DNA from: Desulfobacterales bacterium
Lineage (GTDB): Bacteria; Desulfobacterota; Desulfobacteria; Desulfobacterales; UBA2174
Assembly: GCA_963668645.2 (NCBI GenBank)
Contig: CAXXWC010000001.1
Coordinates: 352,001-416,000 of the forward strand
Reading direction: 5' to 3'
DNA length: 64,000 nucleotides
The position numbers and the translations under genes are program-made. How positions within the stretch are numbered: position 1 is the first letter of the stretch; each line of letters opens with the position of its first letter. The notes beneath the pieces were generated by a model, which had not been told where the DNA came from, did not search any database, and saw only the letters and a program-made list of their open reading frames with translations. Below, piece after piece: positions 40,039 to 51,265 of this stretch.

Positions 40039-40640
40039 GCCAACCCCATCAGCCCCGCCAGTTCGGGCCATGATCCAACCTCCAGAAAGGGATGGGGCTG
40101 GCGATTCCACGGCTGGCGATAAACGATGGGTGTAATCCCCCCCCGGGCAAGGTCGAAACAGGTCTCGAGCCGGTCCTCCACAAAGACGGTCTTGCCGTGT
40201 TCGAGCAGCACCTCCAGCTTGGTGTCGAAATCCCCGGTGGCAATCACCCGAATACCGTTATGCCCCTTTTGCAGCACCCCGGCAATCCAGGGCTCGATGA
40301 AATTCGGGTCCGGCCGGGCCGTGACAAAAAGGACCGGACCGCAAGAGCGGCTGATACGCGAAACGACTTCCGCAGCGCCTTCCATAGGGCACAGCGGCTC
40401 GCGGTGGCTGCCGTCGAGGATTTGCGCGATGGCCCCGGAAAGCACCTCCGGCGCCAGATCGAGGCATTCGTCCAGGGCGTAGGAAGTGATATCCTCATAG
40501 CGCAGATCAACATGCCGGAAATCATCGCGCACGATCTGAACGAAAAGCCGCATCGTGTCGGCAAAGACCCCGTCGATATCGAAGGCTATATTGGCCGGAT
40601 CAATCCTTGGGGCCGGTATCCGGTCCGATTCGCACCTCAC
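40035..40640 (-). CDS. HAD-like hydrolase (5'(3')-nucleotidase-like)
   Basis: FDIDGVFAD, FVTAR, FVEDR, QPWN. Confidence 0.78.
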   Translation of the reverse strand: MRCESDRIPAPRIDPANIAFDIDGVFADTMRLFVQIVRDDFRHVDLRYEDITSYALDECLDLAPEVLSGAIAQILDGSHREPLCPMEGAAEVVSRISRSCGPVLFVTARPDPNFIEPWIAGVLQKGHNGIRVIATGDFDTKLEVLLEHGKTVFVEDRLETCFDLARGGITPIVYRQPWNRQPHPFLEVGSWPELAGLMGLA

Positions 40641-40644
40641 CGGA

Positions 40645-40971
40645 TCACGCCACCCGGCGGGTTTTTTTCTTCAGCCGGCCGATACGCCGACGCAGGATTT
40701 GGGCTTGGCGCGTCTCGTCCTGGGACAAGGCGGTCTCCTGCTGGCTCCGCAGGGCGCGGATCTTCTGCTTGAGCTCGCGCACCGAGCCGTTCTTTTTTTG
40801 AGGGTTGTCGTCCACGATGCCGCGGGCCTTTTTGACCGCGCCGATCAGTTCGAGCTTATTCATGCCGTGGACCCCGGTAATTCCCTCGATCCCTTTGGCC
40901 AAATCGCGCAATTCGGTGGCCGTCATTTTTCCCAGCGGTTTTTCCTTGGTTTCCTTCTTCTTGCTGCCCAT
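40645..40971 (-). CDS. Small basic protein with a Rho N-terminal-like domain
   Basis: LGKMTATELRDLAK..ITGVHGMNKLELI followed by a coiled coil. Confidence 0.7.
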   Translation of the reverse strand: MGSKKKETKEKPLGKMTATELRDLAKGIEGITGVHGMNKLELIGAVKKARGIVDDNPQKKNGSVRELKQKIRALRSQQETALSQDETRQAQILRRRIGRLKKKTRRVA

Positions 40972-41059
40972 GGCGGATGGCAACTCCTTTTGGTTAAAAG
41001 TTCCCGTTTCCTGAAAAATCTTTCTTATATGCTCGACCGGACTTCATTGTCAAAGGATT

Positions 41060-41821
41060 TCAGTCGTTATTCGAAACAGGCAGGCCATGGTCCGGTACCG
41101 GGGCCAGAGCCGCCATCAACTGCTGCACGTCCTGCCACACGGCGCGCTTCTTTTCCGGATAGCGCAACAGATAGGCAGGATGATAGGTGGGCATGAGCCG
41201 GATCCCGCGGTAATCCTGAAAACGTCCCCGCAACCGCCCGAGAGGGTCTTCTGTCTCAAGCAGGGCCTGGGCCGCCACGGCGCCCAGGGTACAGATGTAC
41301 CGTGGACCGATCGCTTCAATCTGGCGCCTTAAAAAAGGCAGGCAGGCGCCGATTTCATCCGGCTCCGGATTGCGGTTGCCCGGCGGCCGGCATTTGATCA
41401 CGTTGCAGATGTAGACCGCTTCTCGCTTGAGCCCCATGGCCTCGATGATGCGCGTCAGCAGCTGCCCGGCGGCGCCTACGAAGGGAACGCCCTGGCGGTC
41501 CTCCTCCTCTCCGGGGCCTTCTCCGACGAAAACAAGGTCAGCCCGCGGATCGCCCTGCCCGAAAACGATGTGTCGCCGCTGGTGGCACAGCTTGCAGCGC
41601 CGGCAATCGCCCAGATCGGCGGAGATTTGTTCCAGCTTCTCTTTGGGGCGGGATGGCGGCCGGCTCCAGGCGTCGAGCCGCTCCATGGTCTGGGGGGCAC
41701 ACTCGAAACCACCCCACCCGCTTGCGGCCAGATGCCGGAGGCTGCGTTGAATTTCGCCGATCAGATCCTGTGGGCGCTCAGGATCCGAAATCACCGGCGG
41801 GCCGGTATGGTCGTCTGGCAT
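41060..41821 (-). CDS. Uracil-DNA glycosylase family 4
   Basis: CRRCKL, FVGEGPG, PFVGAAG, KCRPPGNR, TYHPAYLLR. Confidence 0.93.
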   Translation of the reverse strand: MPDDHTGPPVISDPERPQDLIGEIQRSLRHLAASGWGGFECAPQTMERLDAWSRPPSRPKEKLEQISADLGDCRRCKLCHQRRHIVFGQGDPRADLVFVGEGPGEEEDRQGVPFVGAAGQLLTRIIEAMGLKREAVYICNVIKCRPPGNRNPEPDEIGACLPFLRRQIEAIGPRYICTLGAVAAQALLETEDPLGRLRGRFQDYRGIRLMPTYHPAYLLRYPEKKRAVWQDVQQLMAALAPVPDHGLPVSNND

Positions 41822-41843
41822 TGAGGGCACTCGGGTTCGGATT

Positions 41844-43049
41844 TCACAACCCGCCGATTTGAACAACACGGTCCAAGATGGCGTGAGCCAGGGCTCCCTT
41901 GTCCATGCCCGGCAAATCTTCGCGCCGGCCATCGGGATAGAAAAGAGAGACGGTATTGGTCCGGCTGCCGAATCCGGCTCCGGGTTGCCCGACGAGGTTG
42001 GCCACGATCAAATCGAGTCTTTTCTCCTTGATCTTGGCGGTCGCATAGGTCTCCAGATTGCGGGTCTCGGCGGCAAACCCGACCAGAATCTGGGCCGGTC
42101 GCTTGCGCCGGCCCAGTTCAAGCAGGATGTCGGGATTGCGCGTCAGGGTCAGGACGGTGTCTTCGCCACCTTTCTTGATTTTGTGTTCGGCTGCCGTCAC
42201 CGGACGATAATCGGAAACAGCGGCGGTCTTGACCACGATTTCGGCCCGCTCGGCCCAGTCGAGCACCGCCTCGGCCATCTGGCGGGCCGTGGTGACGCGC
42301 ACCGTGGTGACGTTGGGCGGATCGGGCAAATGACTCGGGCCGCTGACCAGGATCACCCGAGCGCCGCGGTATTCCGCGGCCCGGGCCACGGCAAAGCCCA
42401 TGCGCCCGGAGGACGGATTGGTCAGAAAGCGGACCGGGTCGAGGGGCTCATGGGTCGGGCCGGCCGTGACGAGAACCTGACGGCCGGCCAGGTCCTTGGG
42501 GCTGAGCATGGCCAGCAGGCGATCGAAAATAATTTCCGGATCCGGAAGCCTTCCCGGACCGCTGTCGCCGCAGGCCAAAACTCCCTCGTCCGGCGCCAGC
42601 ACGGTATGCCCGTCGGCCGCAATCTGCATCAGGTTGCGCTGGACCGCCGGATGCTGAAACATATGGGTGTTCATGGCCGGGCAGACCATCACCGGGCAGG
42701 TCACGGCCAGTAGCAGCGTGCTCAGGGCGTCGTCGGCGATTGCGCCGGCCAGCTTGCCCACCAGGTTGGCTGTGGCCGGAGCCACCACCACGGCATCGGC
42801 CTCCCGGGCCCATTCGATATGGCGTATGACCGCTTCCTGGCGGCCGTCGAAAAGATCCACACAGACCGGCTCGCCCGCCAGCGCGGCGAAAGTGGTGGTG
42901 CCGACAAAGCGGGTGGCGTTGGCGGTCATGATCACCCGCACCCGGGCGCCGGCAACGCGCATCAGGCGCAGCAGCTCGACGCTTTTATAAGCGGCGATGC
43001 CGCCGGTAACCCCCAAAACGATGGTCTTGGCTTCAAGCGACGGAGTCAT
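41844..43049 (-). CDS. coaBC: Bifunctional phosphopantothenoylcysteine decarboxylase/synthetase
   Basis: GVTGGIAAYK, APATAN, PAMN, TAGPTHEPLDPVRF. Confidence 0.96.
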   Translation of the reverse strand: MTPSLEAKTIVLGVTGGIAAYKSVELLRLMRVAGARVRVIMTANATRFVGTTTFAALAGEPVCVDLFDGRQEAVIRHIEWAREADAVVVAPATANLVGKLAGAIADDALSTLLLAVTCPVMVCPAMNTHMFQHPAVQRNLMQIAADGHTVLAPDEGVLACGDSGPGRLPDPEIIFDRLLAMLSPKDLAGRQVLVTAGPTHEPLDPVRFLTNPSSGRMGFAVARAAEYRGARVILVSGPSHLPDPPNVTTVRVTTARQMAEAVLDWAERAEIVVKTAAVSDYRPVTAAEHKIKKGGEDTVLTLTRNPDILLELGRRKRPAQILVGFAAETRNLETYATAKIKEKRLDLIVANLVGQPGAGFGSRTNTVSLFYPDGRREDLPGMDKGALAHAILDRVVQIGGL

Positions 43050-43114
43050 TCAGATCCTTTCCAAACGGGCACTGCTGCCGCTGAACTGGCTTTGCCCGGA
43101 CCGACCGGCGGCAG

Positions 43115-43597
43115 CTACTTCAGCAACCGGGTCTCGGCCTGCCGCAGGGTCGGGGCCACCCACAGCTCGACGTACGTATAGATGCTCTCTTCGGTGATAT
43201 TGATCACGCACCATCGATTCTCCTTGTAAAACATCATCAAGGAGCGGGTCGAACGGAAAAATCCCACCAACTGCCAGTTGTCGGCCTGCATTTGGGTCTG
43301 GAAAAAAGAGATCAGGGAGTTGACCTCGACTCGACCCCGCAGGGTGATGACCCCGGCCGAAAAAGTCCCTGTCTGCATGAAAAAGGTCTCGTTCTTGATC
43401 TCCTTGAGCTCCCGCGGCAGACGGATATCCTGGAAATCGGAGGTCAGCGGGCCCGCGTCCGGCGCGATCTGGGTATCCATCGCCGGCTGGCTTTCCCCGC
43501 CGCTGAGACTCGAGCAGCCCGCGCAGACAACCACCAGCGCCAGCGCCGCTAGCAGTTTCCCGGTCATACGGACCGCACACTTCACCTTGGTCTTCAT
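43115..43597 (-). CDS. Hypothetical lipoprotein
   Basis: Signal peptide with CAGC lipobox; within the operon. Confidence 0.7.
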   Translation of the reverse strand: MKTKVKCAVRMTGKLLAALALVVVCAGCSSLSGGESQPAMDTQIAPDAGPLTSDFQDIRLPRELKEIKNETFFMQTGTFSAGVITLRGRVEVNSLISFFQTQMQADNWQLVGFFRSTRSLMMFYKENRWCVINITEESIYTYVELWVAPTLRQAETRLLK

Positions 43598-43658
43598 GGG
43601 GCCTCCTTTCTTTCAGGCATGGCCGGCTGATCCAGCAGTCGCCCGTCGTTTTCCGGCA

Positions 43659-44750
43659 TCACTCGCAGTGGTTGTAGACCTCGAATCCTTCTTGACTGAT
43701 CAGGGCATCGCGCCGGGCCGATCGAAGGTCGGCGGTCACCATCTCCTTGACCAGACTTTCGAAGCTGATCTGCGGCACCCAGCCGAGCTTTTCGCGGGCC
43801 TTGGCCGGATCTCCCAGCAGGGTGTCGACCTCGGTGGGCCGAAAATAGCGTGCATCGATTCGCACGATGGTCTTCGGCCCTTCCGGGGATTGCCAAATCC
43901 CGACCTCGTCGCGGCCGCTGCCGCGCCAAAGGATCTCCATCCCGAGGCTGGCCGCGGCGGTTGCGACAAACTCGCGCACCGTGTGCTGCTCGCCGGTGGC
44001 CACGATATAATCCTCCGGTTCGGGCTGCTGGAGCATCATGTGCATCATGCGCACGTAATCCCGTGCATGGCCCCAATCGCGCCGGGCGTCCAGATTGCCC
44101 AGGTAAAGGCAGTCCTGTAATCCGAGCAGAATCCGGGCCATGGCCCGGGTGATCTTGCGCGTGACGAAGGTCTCTCCGCGAATCGGGGATTCATGGTTGA
44201 ACAGAATCCCGTTGCAGGCGTAAATCCCGTACGCTTCGCGGTAATTCACCGTGACCCAGTAAGCGAAAAGCTTGGCGGCGCCGTAGGGCGAGCGCGGGTA
44301 AAAAGGCGTGCTTTCCCGTTGGGGTGTTTCCTGGACCTTGCCGAACATTTCGGAAGTCGATGCCTGGTAAAAGCGGGTGCGTTTTTCCAGCCCGAGGATG
44401 CGGATCGCCTCCAGCAGCCTCAGAGCCCCCAGGGCGTCCACATTGGCCGTGTATTCCGGAGCCTCGAAAGAGACTTTCACATGGCTCTGGGCACCGAGGT
44501 TGTAGATCTCGTCCGGCTGGGTCTCCTGAATGATGCGTATCAGGTTGGTCGCATCGGTCAAGTCGCCGTAGTGGAGAAAGAACCGCACGTTCTCCTCGTG
44601 AAAATCGCGGTAGAGGTGATCTACCCGGCCGGTGTTAAACGAGGAGGCTCGCCTTTTGATGCCGTGGACGATATAGCCTTCAGCAAGCAGATACTCGGCC
44701 AGATAGGCACCGTCCTGCCCGGTAATACCGGTGATCAATGCACTCTTCAT
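43659..44750 (-). CDS. gmd: GDP-mannose 4,6-dehydratase
   Basis: [41 protein letters not shown]. Confidence 0.97.
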   Translation of the reverse strand: MKSALITGITGQDGAYLAEYLLAEGYIVHGIKRRASSFNTGRVDHLYRDFHEENVRFFLHYGDLTDATNLIRIIQETQPDEIYNLGAQSHVKVSFEAPEYTANVDALGALRLLEAIRILGLEKRTRFYQASTSEMFGKVQETPQRESTPFYPRSPYGAAKLFAYWVTVNYREAYGIYACNGILFNHESPIRGETFVTRKITRAMARILLGLQDCLYLGNLDARRDWGHARDYVRMMHMMLQQPEPEDYIVATGEQHTVREFVATAAASLGMEILWRGSGRDEVGIWQSPEGPKTIVRIDARYFRPTEVDTLLGDPAKAREKLGWVPQISFESLVKEMVTADLRSARRDALISQEGFEVYNHCE

Positions 44751-44781
44751 CAAATATTCCTTATCATCGTGAACGCCGGAG

Positions 44782-45114
44782 CTAAGACCTGTCAGGATGG
44801 CGCATGCGGGTCCCCTGTACCGTTGGATCGGTGGGATGCCGACGCTTGAGACGGTTGCGCAGTTTCACTAGACGGTCCAGCCGGCCCGCCCCCAGCGTCA
44901 GTTCGGCCCACTCGGTCAAGGGGGCGACCAGTTCGTAGGGATCTTTGGCAGCCAGCTCAGCCTCGACCTGGGCCAGGGCTTCAACAAGATCCTCCTGCTG
45001 CGGATTGCGGCGCAGCAAATAGCGATAAATTTCTGCAGACCGGGCCAGGCACCCCTGGTCGGCCATCATCCTGGCCATGGTCGCGGTGTAAAAAGTCCGG
45101 TCCGTTTCGACCAT
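44782..45114 (-). CDS. Small TPR-like hypothetical protein
   Basis: [22 protein letters not shown]; starts just after the stop of the FtsB-like gene. Confidence 0.6.
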   Translation of the reverse strand: MVETDRTFYTATMARMMADQGCLARSAEIYRYLLRRNPQQEDLVEALAQVEAELAAKDPYELVAPLTEWAELTLGAGRLDRLVKLRNRLKRRHPTDPTVQGTRMRHPDRS

Positions 45115-45116
45115 TT

Positions 45117-45422
45117 TCAGGAATCCTTTCCTCCGGCCGGTACATGCGGCAGGGTAATCACGATTTCGTTGGGGCCCACCATCAGCAGCTCCTCGCGGGC
45201 CACACGTTCGAGATAGGCCGGATCGCTTTTCAGCCGTTCGATGCGCCGCAATAGAGAAATGTTGGCCCTCTCCTGGCGCTCGTTTTTTGCCAGCTGCCGT
45301 TCGAGGGTACCTCGCTGGCGATAAAGGTCGATCAATCCCTGATTTCCGAAAACGATTACCAAGGCAAAGCCCAAAAGCCCGAGCAAGACGCAACACGTCA
45401 CTATTTTGGGAGCGACTCTCAC
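45117..45422 (-). CDS. Septum formation initiator (FtsB/DivIC family)
   Basis: TM helix, FGNQGL, coiled coil, YLERVAREELLMVGPNE. Confidence 0.85.
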   Translation of the reverse strand: MRVAPKIVTCCVLLGLLGFALVIVFGNQGLIDLYRQRGTLERQLAKNERQERANISLLRRIERLKSDPAYLERVAREELLMVGPNEIVITLPHVPAGGKDS

Positions 45423-45683
45423 CGTCTAATCATCCCGGCCGGACCACTGCAAGATTCCCGGAGCATGCGCCGGTGCGCCATTGCCGTTTCAGGGCATGGA
45501 TAGCCAAAGTGGAAATAGCCGCCAAACGTTGACAGTCGCTGCCCGGCTGTATCTGAGGCGGCATCTCGGCTGTGACCATAACCAAATCGGTGCTGCCCGT
45601 CAATCGAACCATGACGGCCGGCATACCTTGGAAAGGACCGGGCTGTATTTGCCCGATTCGATCATAAAAAGACAAAAACAGCC

Positions 45684-45712
45684 TTGACAATGAAGGAATG
45701 ATCGAGTATTCA
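45684..45712 (+). promoter_or_regulatory. Putative rpsT promoter
   Basis: TTGACA-17 nt-TATTCA. Confidence 0.5.
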
Positions 45713-45764
45713 GCCGCTTTTACGTTAACAGTGACATTCGCAATCGGCGAAAGGAGTGTATATC

Positions 45765-46028
45765 GTGGCCAACCATAAGTCCGCCATCAAGAGAGCCCGC
45801 CAGAATGAAGATCGACGCCTGCGCAACAGGGTGGTTAAGACCCGCGTCAAAAACGTGACCAAAGCCGTCATCGGCGCCGCAGCGGAAAACACCGACGAAG
45901 CCCGCCAGCATTTGCAGACAGCCCAGTCGATCATCGCCAAGGCAGCCAAGAAAGGCGTAGTGCACCGGCGCGCCGCGGCGCGCAAGATTTCACGTTTGGC
46001 CCGCCGGGTGAACGCCCTCGCAAGCTGA
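45765..46028 (+). CDS. rpsT: 30S ribosomal protein S20
   Basis: ANHKSAIKRARQ..KGVVH..AARKISRL; AAGGAG RBS with GTG start. Confidence 0.96.
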   Translation: MANHKSAIKRARQNEDRRLRNRVVKTRVKNVTKAVIGAAAENTDEARQHLQTAQSIIAKAAKKGVVHRRAAARKISRLARRVNALAS

Positions 46029-46056
46029 AACTCTACGCCTGCCCCCTCCCCTTCGG

Positions 46057-46112
46057 CCGGTTCACGATTTGCGCCTTTTTCTTTTTCAGGCCTGATCGTG
46101 AACCGGTTTTTT
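46057..46112 (+). terminator. Terminator between convergent rpsT and lptE
   Basis: CCGGTTCACGAT / ATCGTGAACCGG stem followed by T6. Confidence 0.6.
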
Positions 46113-46116
46113 GCGG

Positions 46117-46656
46117 CTAGAAATCGTCAGCTATCGACGCGATGACCTTCTCGGCCAAACGATGGGCCGCTTTTTCCAAGGCCCGGCGCCGATTTTGATC
46201 CGTGGTCAAGCGGTCGCTCGCCACCGAATAAGTTTCGGTGGCATAGACCGACCGGCGCGCCCACAGGGTTTTGTTTGTTTCCACCGCGCGCAACTCGAGC
46301 ATAGTGGTGATCCGCACCCGGCGTTCCACCGCCGTAGCGGTGGTTTGGCGGGCGATGGTCTGGTTGGCCGATTCGACGATCTCTCCGGAAAGAACGGCAT
46401 CCGCCGCCTCCGCGCCTCCGGCCACTTCGTGTCCGCCGCGGACAATTTCGTAACGCAGGGCGCCGGTCACGATCCCCTCGAGTCCGCTTTCGCTGGTCCT
46501 GTTGTTGAGCATCGGCACGAAAACCCGCCGCACTCCCCCCGGCAAGGGACCGCTTCCGGAAAAGCGATACCCGCACGAAGCCAGCAGAACCGCCATGGCC
46601 ATCCAGGCGGCCAAAATCGCGGCCGCTGCGGTGCGCTTGCGCCGTCGCTGGATCAT
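46117..46656 (-). CDS. lptE: LPS assembly lipoprotein LptE family
   Basis: Lipobox LASCGYRF; directly downstream of leuS. Confidence 0.8.
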   Translation of the reverse strand: MIQRRRKRTAAAAILAAWMAMAVLLASCGYRFSGSGPLPGGVRRVFVPMLNNRTSESGLEGIVTGALRYEIVRGGHEVAGGAEAADAVLSGEIVESANQTIARQTTATAVERRVRITTMLELRAVETNKTLWARRSVYATETYSVASDRLTTDQNRRRALEKAAHRLAEKVIASIADDF

Positions 46657-46702
46657 AGGCCTGAAATCTCCTTTATCGATCCTTTTACCGGACCGCTCCT
46701 TT

Positions 46703-49297
46703 TCACACCACGATATTCACCAGTTTGTCCGGAACCACAATCAGCTTGCGGATGGGCCGCCCGTCGATAAAGCGGGCGACCTTTTCGTCGGCTAGGGCCA
46801 GACGCTGCAAGGTCGGATTGTCGCTGCCGGCCGCCGCGGTGAAGCGGCCTCGCAGTTTCCCATTGACCTGGACTACCACCGTCACGTTTTCCACGGTCAG
46901 GGCGTCTTTGCGCCATACGGGCCAGGGGGTTTCGACAACACTTTGCCGGCCGCCCAGGACCTGCCAGATCTCCTCGGCAAAATGCGGCACCATCGGCGCC
47001 AGAAGCAGGACCATGGCCTCGGTGGCCCCCCGCAACACGCTCAATGCGGTTTGATCCAGCGCCGAGCCAAGCTCCAGGGCCGACATCTGATTGACCAGCT
47101 CCATCACGGCGCTGATGGCCGTGTTGAAATGGAAGCGGTTTTCGATGTCGTGGGTCACCCGCTGGATCGTCTGGTGCGTCTTTTGGTAAAGTCCGCGCCA
47201 AGGCTCTGGCAGATCGGCCAGGGCCCCGGCATAAGCGCTCACCTCTGCCAAACGCGGCTCCAGTTCGAATACCAGCCGCCAGACCCGGTTGAGGAAGCGG
47301 GAACTCCCCTCGACCCCCTGGGCGCTCCACTCCAGATCACGCTCGGGGGGGGCGGCAAAAAGGCAAAAAAGGCGCGTGGTATCGGCACCGTAGCGGTCGA
47401 GCAGGGCGTTGGGGTCGATCACGTTTTTCTTGGACTTGGACATCTTCTCGACCCGTCCCACGACCACCTCCTGGCCGCAGTGGCAACAGACGGTCCGGGC
47501 CTCGTTCTCCACCAGTTCTTCGGGCAGCAAAAAGCCGTGCTGCGGGCAGCGATAGGTCTCTTTGCAGACCATACCCTGGGTGAGCAACCGGGTGAAGGGC
47601 TCCTTGTAGTCGACCAGTCCGAATTCGGCCAGCACCCGGGTAAAATAGCGCGAGTAAAGCAGATGCAAAATGGCGTGTTCCACCCCGCCGATATACTGGT
47701 CCACCGGCATCCAGTAAGCCACCGCGGCCGGATCGAACATTCCCCGGTCGTGGCGCGGGCTGCAATAACGTTCGAAATACCACGAAGACTCCACGAAGGT
47801 GTCCATAGTGTCGGTGTCGCGCCGCGCCTCGCGAGAGCCGCAAGCCGGACAGCGCGTCCGGGCGAATTGGGGCAGCCCGGGCAGGGGGCTGCGGCCGCCT
47901 TCCAGCAGATCGGCGTCCTCGGGCAGCACCACGGGCAGTTGATCCTCGGGGACCGGCACCAGCCCGCAGTCCGGGCAGTGAACCATGGGGATCGGGGCGC
48001 CCCAGTAACGCTGGCGCGAAATCCCCCAATCGCGCAGGCGGAAGCTGACCTTGGGCGCCGCCATGCTGCGGGCCGCCAAGTCGCTGACGATGGCCTCGAT
48101 GGCGGCCTTGTTTTCCATGCCGTTAAAAGCACCGCTGTTGACCATAAGGCCCGGGCCGGCATAAGCCTCGGTCATCGTCTCTGGATCGAGGGATGTTCCT
48201 TCGGGTTGGACCACCACCACCACAGGCAGGTCATATTTGCGGGCGAAATCAAAGTCCCGCTGGTCATGGGCCGGCACCGACATCACGGCCCCGGTCCCGT
48301 ATTCCATCAGAGCGAAATTGGCGGTGTAGATCGGCATGCGCCGGCCGTTGGCCGGATTGATGCAGTAGCGGCCGAGAAACACGCCTTCCTTTTCGTAGGT
48401 CTCGAGAGCCTTGGCGCTGCGCTCCTGCAAGGCCACGCGTTCGATGAAGGCCGCCACGGTCCCGGCCTGGGGTGTACCGGCGGCCAGGGATTCCACCATG
48501 GGGTGTTCGGGCGCCAGGCACATGAAAGTCGCCCCATAGACGGTATCCGGCCGGGTGGTAAAGACCGTAATCGGCGACTGTCCCTGTTCCACCTCGAACC
48601 GAATCTCGGCCCCCTCGCTGCGCCCGATCCAGTTCTTCTGCATCGTGAGCACCTTTTCGGGCCATCCGGGAAGCCGATCGCAGTAATCCAACAAATCATC
48701 GGCCGTATCGGTGATGCGCAAAAACCACTGGGCCAGTTTTTTCTGGCGCACCGGCTGGCCGCAGCGCCAGCAGGCCCCGGCCTCGACCTGTTCGTTGGCC
48801 AGTACCGTGGTGCACGTCTCGCACCAGTTGACGTACGATTCCTTGCGATAGGCCATCCCTTTTTCGTACATCTTGAGAAACATCCACTGCTCCCAGCGGT
48901 AGTATTCCGGCCGGCAGGTGGCGATTTCCCGATCCCAGTCGTAGGAAAAACCGAGCCTCTGCAACTGGGCCCGCATGGTGTCGATGTTCTGATAGGTCCA
49001 TCGCGCCGGGTGGGTCCGGTTGGCGATGGCGGCATTTTCAGCCGGCATGCCGAAGGCGTCCCAGCCCATGGGATGCAGCACGTTGAAGCCGCACATGCGC
49101 TTGTAGCGGGCCACCACGTCGCCGATGGTGTAGTTGCGCACGTGCCCCATGTGAATCTTGCCCGAAGGATAGGGAAACATCTCCATCAGGTAGTACTTCG
49201 GCCGCGAGGGGTCCACCTCGACCTTGAAGATATCCTGGTCCTGCCAGGCCCGCTGCCATTTTTTCTCTATCTGCTCCGGTTCGTAACGTTCTTCCAT
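46703..49297 (-). CDS. leuS: Leucine--tRNA ligase
   Basis: [31 protein letters not shown]. Confidence 0.98.
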   Translation of the reverse strand: MEERYEPEQIEKKWQRAWQDQDIFKVEVDPSRPKYYLMEMFPYPSGKIHMGHVRNYTIGDVVARYKRMCGFNVLHPMGWDAFGMPAENAAIANRTHPARWTYQNIDTMRAQLQRLGFSYDWDREIATCRPEYYRWEQWMFLKMYEKGMAYRKESYVNWCETCTTVLANEQVEAGACWRCGQPVRQKKLAQWFLRITDTADDLLDYCDRLPGWPEKVLTMQKNWIGRSEGAEIRFEVEQGQSPITVFTTRPDTVYGATFMCLAPEHPMVESLAAGTPQAGTVAAFIERVALQERSAKALETYEKEGVFLGRYCINPANGRRMPIYTANFALMEYGTGAVMSVPAHDQRDFDFARKYDLPVVVVVQPEGTSLDPETMTEAYAGPGLMVNSGAFNGMENKAAIEAIVSDLAARSMAAPKVSFRLRDWGISRQRYWGAPIPMVHCPDCGLVPVPEDQLPVVLPEDADLLEGGRSPLPGLPQFARTRCPACGSREARRDTDTMDTFVESSWYFERYCSPRHDRGMFDPAAVAYWMPVDQYIGGVEHAILHLLYSRYFTRVLAEFGLVDYKEPFTRLLTQGMVCKETYRCPQHGFLLPEELVENEARTVCCHCGQEVVVGRVEKMSKSKKNVIDPNALLDRYGADTTRLFCLFAAPPERDLEWSAQGVEGSSRFLNRVWRLVFELEPRLAEVSAYAGALADLPEPWRGLYQKTHQTIQRVTHDIENRFHFNTAISAVMELVNQMSALELGSALDQTALSVLRGATEAMVLLLAPMVPHFAEEIWQVLGGRQSVVETPWPVWRKDALTVENVTVVVQVNGKLRGRFTAAAGSDNPTLQRLALADEKVARFIDGRPIRKLIVVPDKLVNIVV

Positions 49298-49667
49298 CTC
49301 AAATCCACCTCATCCGGCCTGTTCACTCATCGTCATGCGGATCCGGCCGCGGCCGGCCGATATACGTTGTCACTGCTGAAATTGTTGCCATCCGATGCAT
49401 TGCACCGGTCGGCCCCCCTCATGACACAAGAGCCGTTAAATGGCAAGGGTCCGCAGCCGGTGCGCCGGGTGCGGCAGCATCGCCGGGCCCCGCCCATCGC
49501 TGTGTAAAACGGGCTGCGGCGCATTTGCCGCGGCGGAACAAAGGGTTTGACTTGCGGCCGACAATCCCCTATTGGTGCGTCACGACAACATGTTCTTGTC
49601 TTAACCTGCCGCCAGAGCCGGATCGGCCCAGGCGACCGGGCCGCATCAACATATCAAGGGAACCACC

Positions 49668-51146
49668 ATGAGCAGCAAGATTCTCATCAACGCCGTCGAA
49701 TCCGAAGAATGCCGCATCGCCAAGGTCACCGACAGCAAGCTGGAAGAGTTTCACATCGAAAGCGCCGCGCGTGAGATTACCCACGGCAATATTTACAAGG
49801 GCGTGATCACCCGTATCGAGCCGAGCTTGCAGGCGGTTTTCGTCGATTATGGCGCCGAACGCCATGGTTTTCTGCAAAAACAGGAAATCCATCCCGACTA
49901 TTTTCAGGAACACCGCGAAGGCGACACGGCGATCCATCATTTGGTCAAAAAAGGCCAGGAGATCATGGTTCAGGTCGAAAAAGACCCCATCAACAAAAAA
50001 GGGGCCATGCTGACCACCTTCATCTCCCTGCCCGGCCGCTTCGTGGTCCTGATGCCCGGCAGCGAAACCCGCGGCATTTCGCGCAAGATCGAGTCGGAAG
50101 AAGAGCGCGCACGCCTCAAGGAGATCGTTTCAGGCCTCAAGATACCGGAAAACTTCGGTGTGATCGTCCGAACGGCGGGCGACGGCTGCACCAAGACGCT
50201 GATCAACAAGGACCTGAATTACCTGCTGCGCCTCTGGAAAACGATCCACGACGCCGTAATGCAAGTGCCCACTCCGGCTCCGCTATACAAAGAACGCAAT
50301 CTGGTGCTGCGCTCGCTGCGCGACTATTTTACCCCGGACGTGGACGAGGTGCTCATCGACGATCCGGCCGTCTACCAGGAAGCGCGCAATTTCATGAAGG
50401 TCATCTCGCCCAAACAGACCCAGATCGTCAAGCTTCACAAGGGCGCCAAACCGATCTTCACCCGCTTCCAGCTCGAAGAGCAGATCGCCTCGGTGTTCGA
50501 AAGCCGCGTGGCCCTTAAATCCGGCGGATCGATCGTCATCGATCAGACCGAGGCGTTGGTGGCCATCGATGTCAACTCCGGCAAGGCCACCCAACAGCGT
50601 TCCATCGAGGAGACCGCCCTGAAGACCAACCTCGAAGCGGCCGAGGAAATCGCCCGTCAGTTGCGCCTGCGGGATCTGGGAGGGCTGATCGTGCTCGATT
50701 TCATCGACATGCGCGAGGTCAAAAACCGCAGCGCCGTCGAACGCGCCCTCAAGGAGAATCTCAAGTCGGATAAGGCGCGCACCCGCATCGGGCGCATCTC
50801 CAAGTTCGGCCTGATGGAGATGAGCCGCCAGCGCATCCGGCCTTCGATCGTCTTCGGGGGCTACACCACCTGCCCGCGCTGCGGCGGCCGGGGGTTGACG
50901 CCGACGGTGGAAACCATGGCGGTCGCGTTTCTACGGCGCTTGAGTCTCCAGACCCTCAAGCCTGAAACCACCGGTGCCCGCTGCCAAGTCCCGATGGCCG
51001 TGGCCAGTTACCTGCTTAACCGCAAACGCCGGGAACTGATGGACCTGGAGCAGCACCGGGAGATCTCCATCACCATCGAAGCGGTGATCGACATGGAGCC
51101 GGGAGCCAGTCAGATCCAAATCGAAGCACGCCCGCCGAGTGCCTAA
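49668..51146 (+). CDS. Ribonuclease E/G family
   Basis: S1 domain GNIYKG..LQAVFVDYG, IDVNSG, RLRDLGGLIVLDFIDM, CPRC. Confidence 0.94.
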   Translation: MSSKILINAVESEECRIAKVTDSKLEEFHIESAAREITHGNIYKGVITRIEPSLQAVFVDYGAERHGFLQKQEIHPDYFQEHREGDTAIHHLVKKGQEIMVQVEKDPINKKGAMLTTFISLPGRFVVLMPGSETRGISRKIESEEERARLKEIVSGLKIPENFGVIVRTAGDGCTKTLINKDLNYLLRLWKTIHDAVMQVPTPAPLYKERNLVLRSLRDYFTPDVDEVLIDDPAVYQEARNFMKVISPKQTQIVKLHKGAKPIFTRFQLEEQIASVFESRVALKSGGSIVIDQTEALVAIDVNSGKATQQRSIEETALKTNLEAAEEIARQLRLRDLGGLIVLDFIDMREVKNRSAVERALKENLKSDKARTRIGRISKFGLMEMSRQRIRPSIVFGGYTTCPRCGGRGLTPTVETMAVAFLRRLSLQTLKPETTGARCQVPMAVASYLLNRKRRELMDLEQHREISITIEAVIDMEPGASQIQIEARPPSA

Positions 51147-51265
51147 GGCAGTTTGACAAGGCCCAGGGATTCGGCTATCAGGAGGGGCGGTCCGGGGTCT
51201 GCGGGTGATCCACGGGGGTGGCCGCAGGCGTGTCCAGGCGACATCAGCACGAAAACGACAAATCT

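Noticed and set aside
46943..49507. 854-aa plus-strand ORF, and similar long ORFs at 5368-7086, 13713-15413, 34875-36836 and 62360-63370
   Set aside because: Antisense shadows of clear genes (leuS, dctPQ, CHAT, argDB, ilvD) caused by high-GC codon bias
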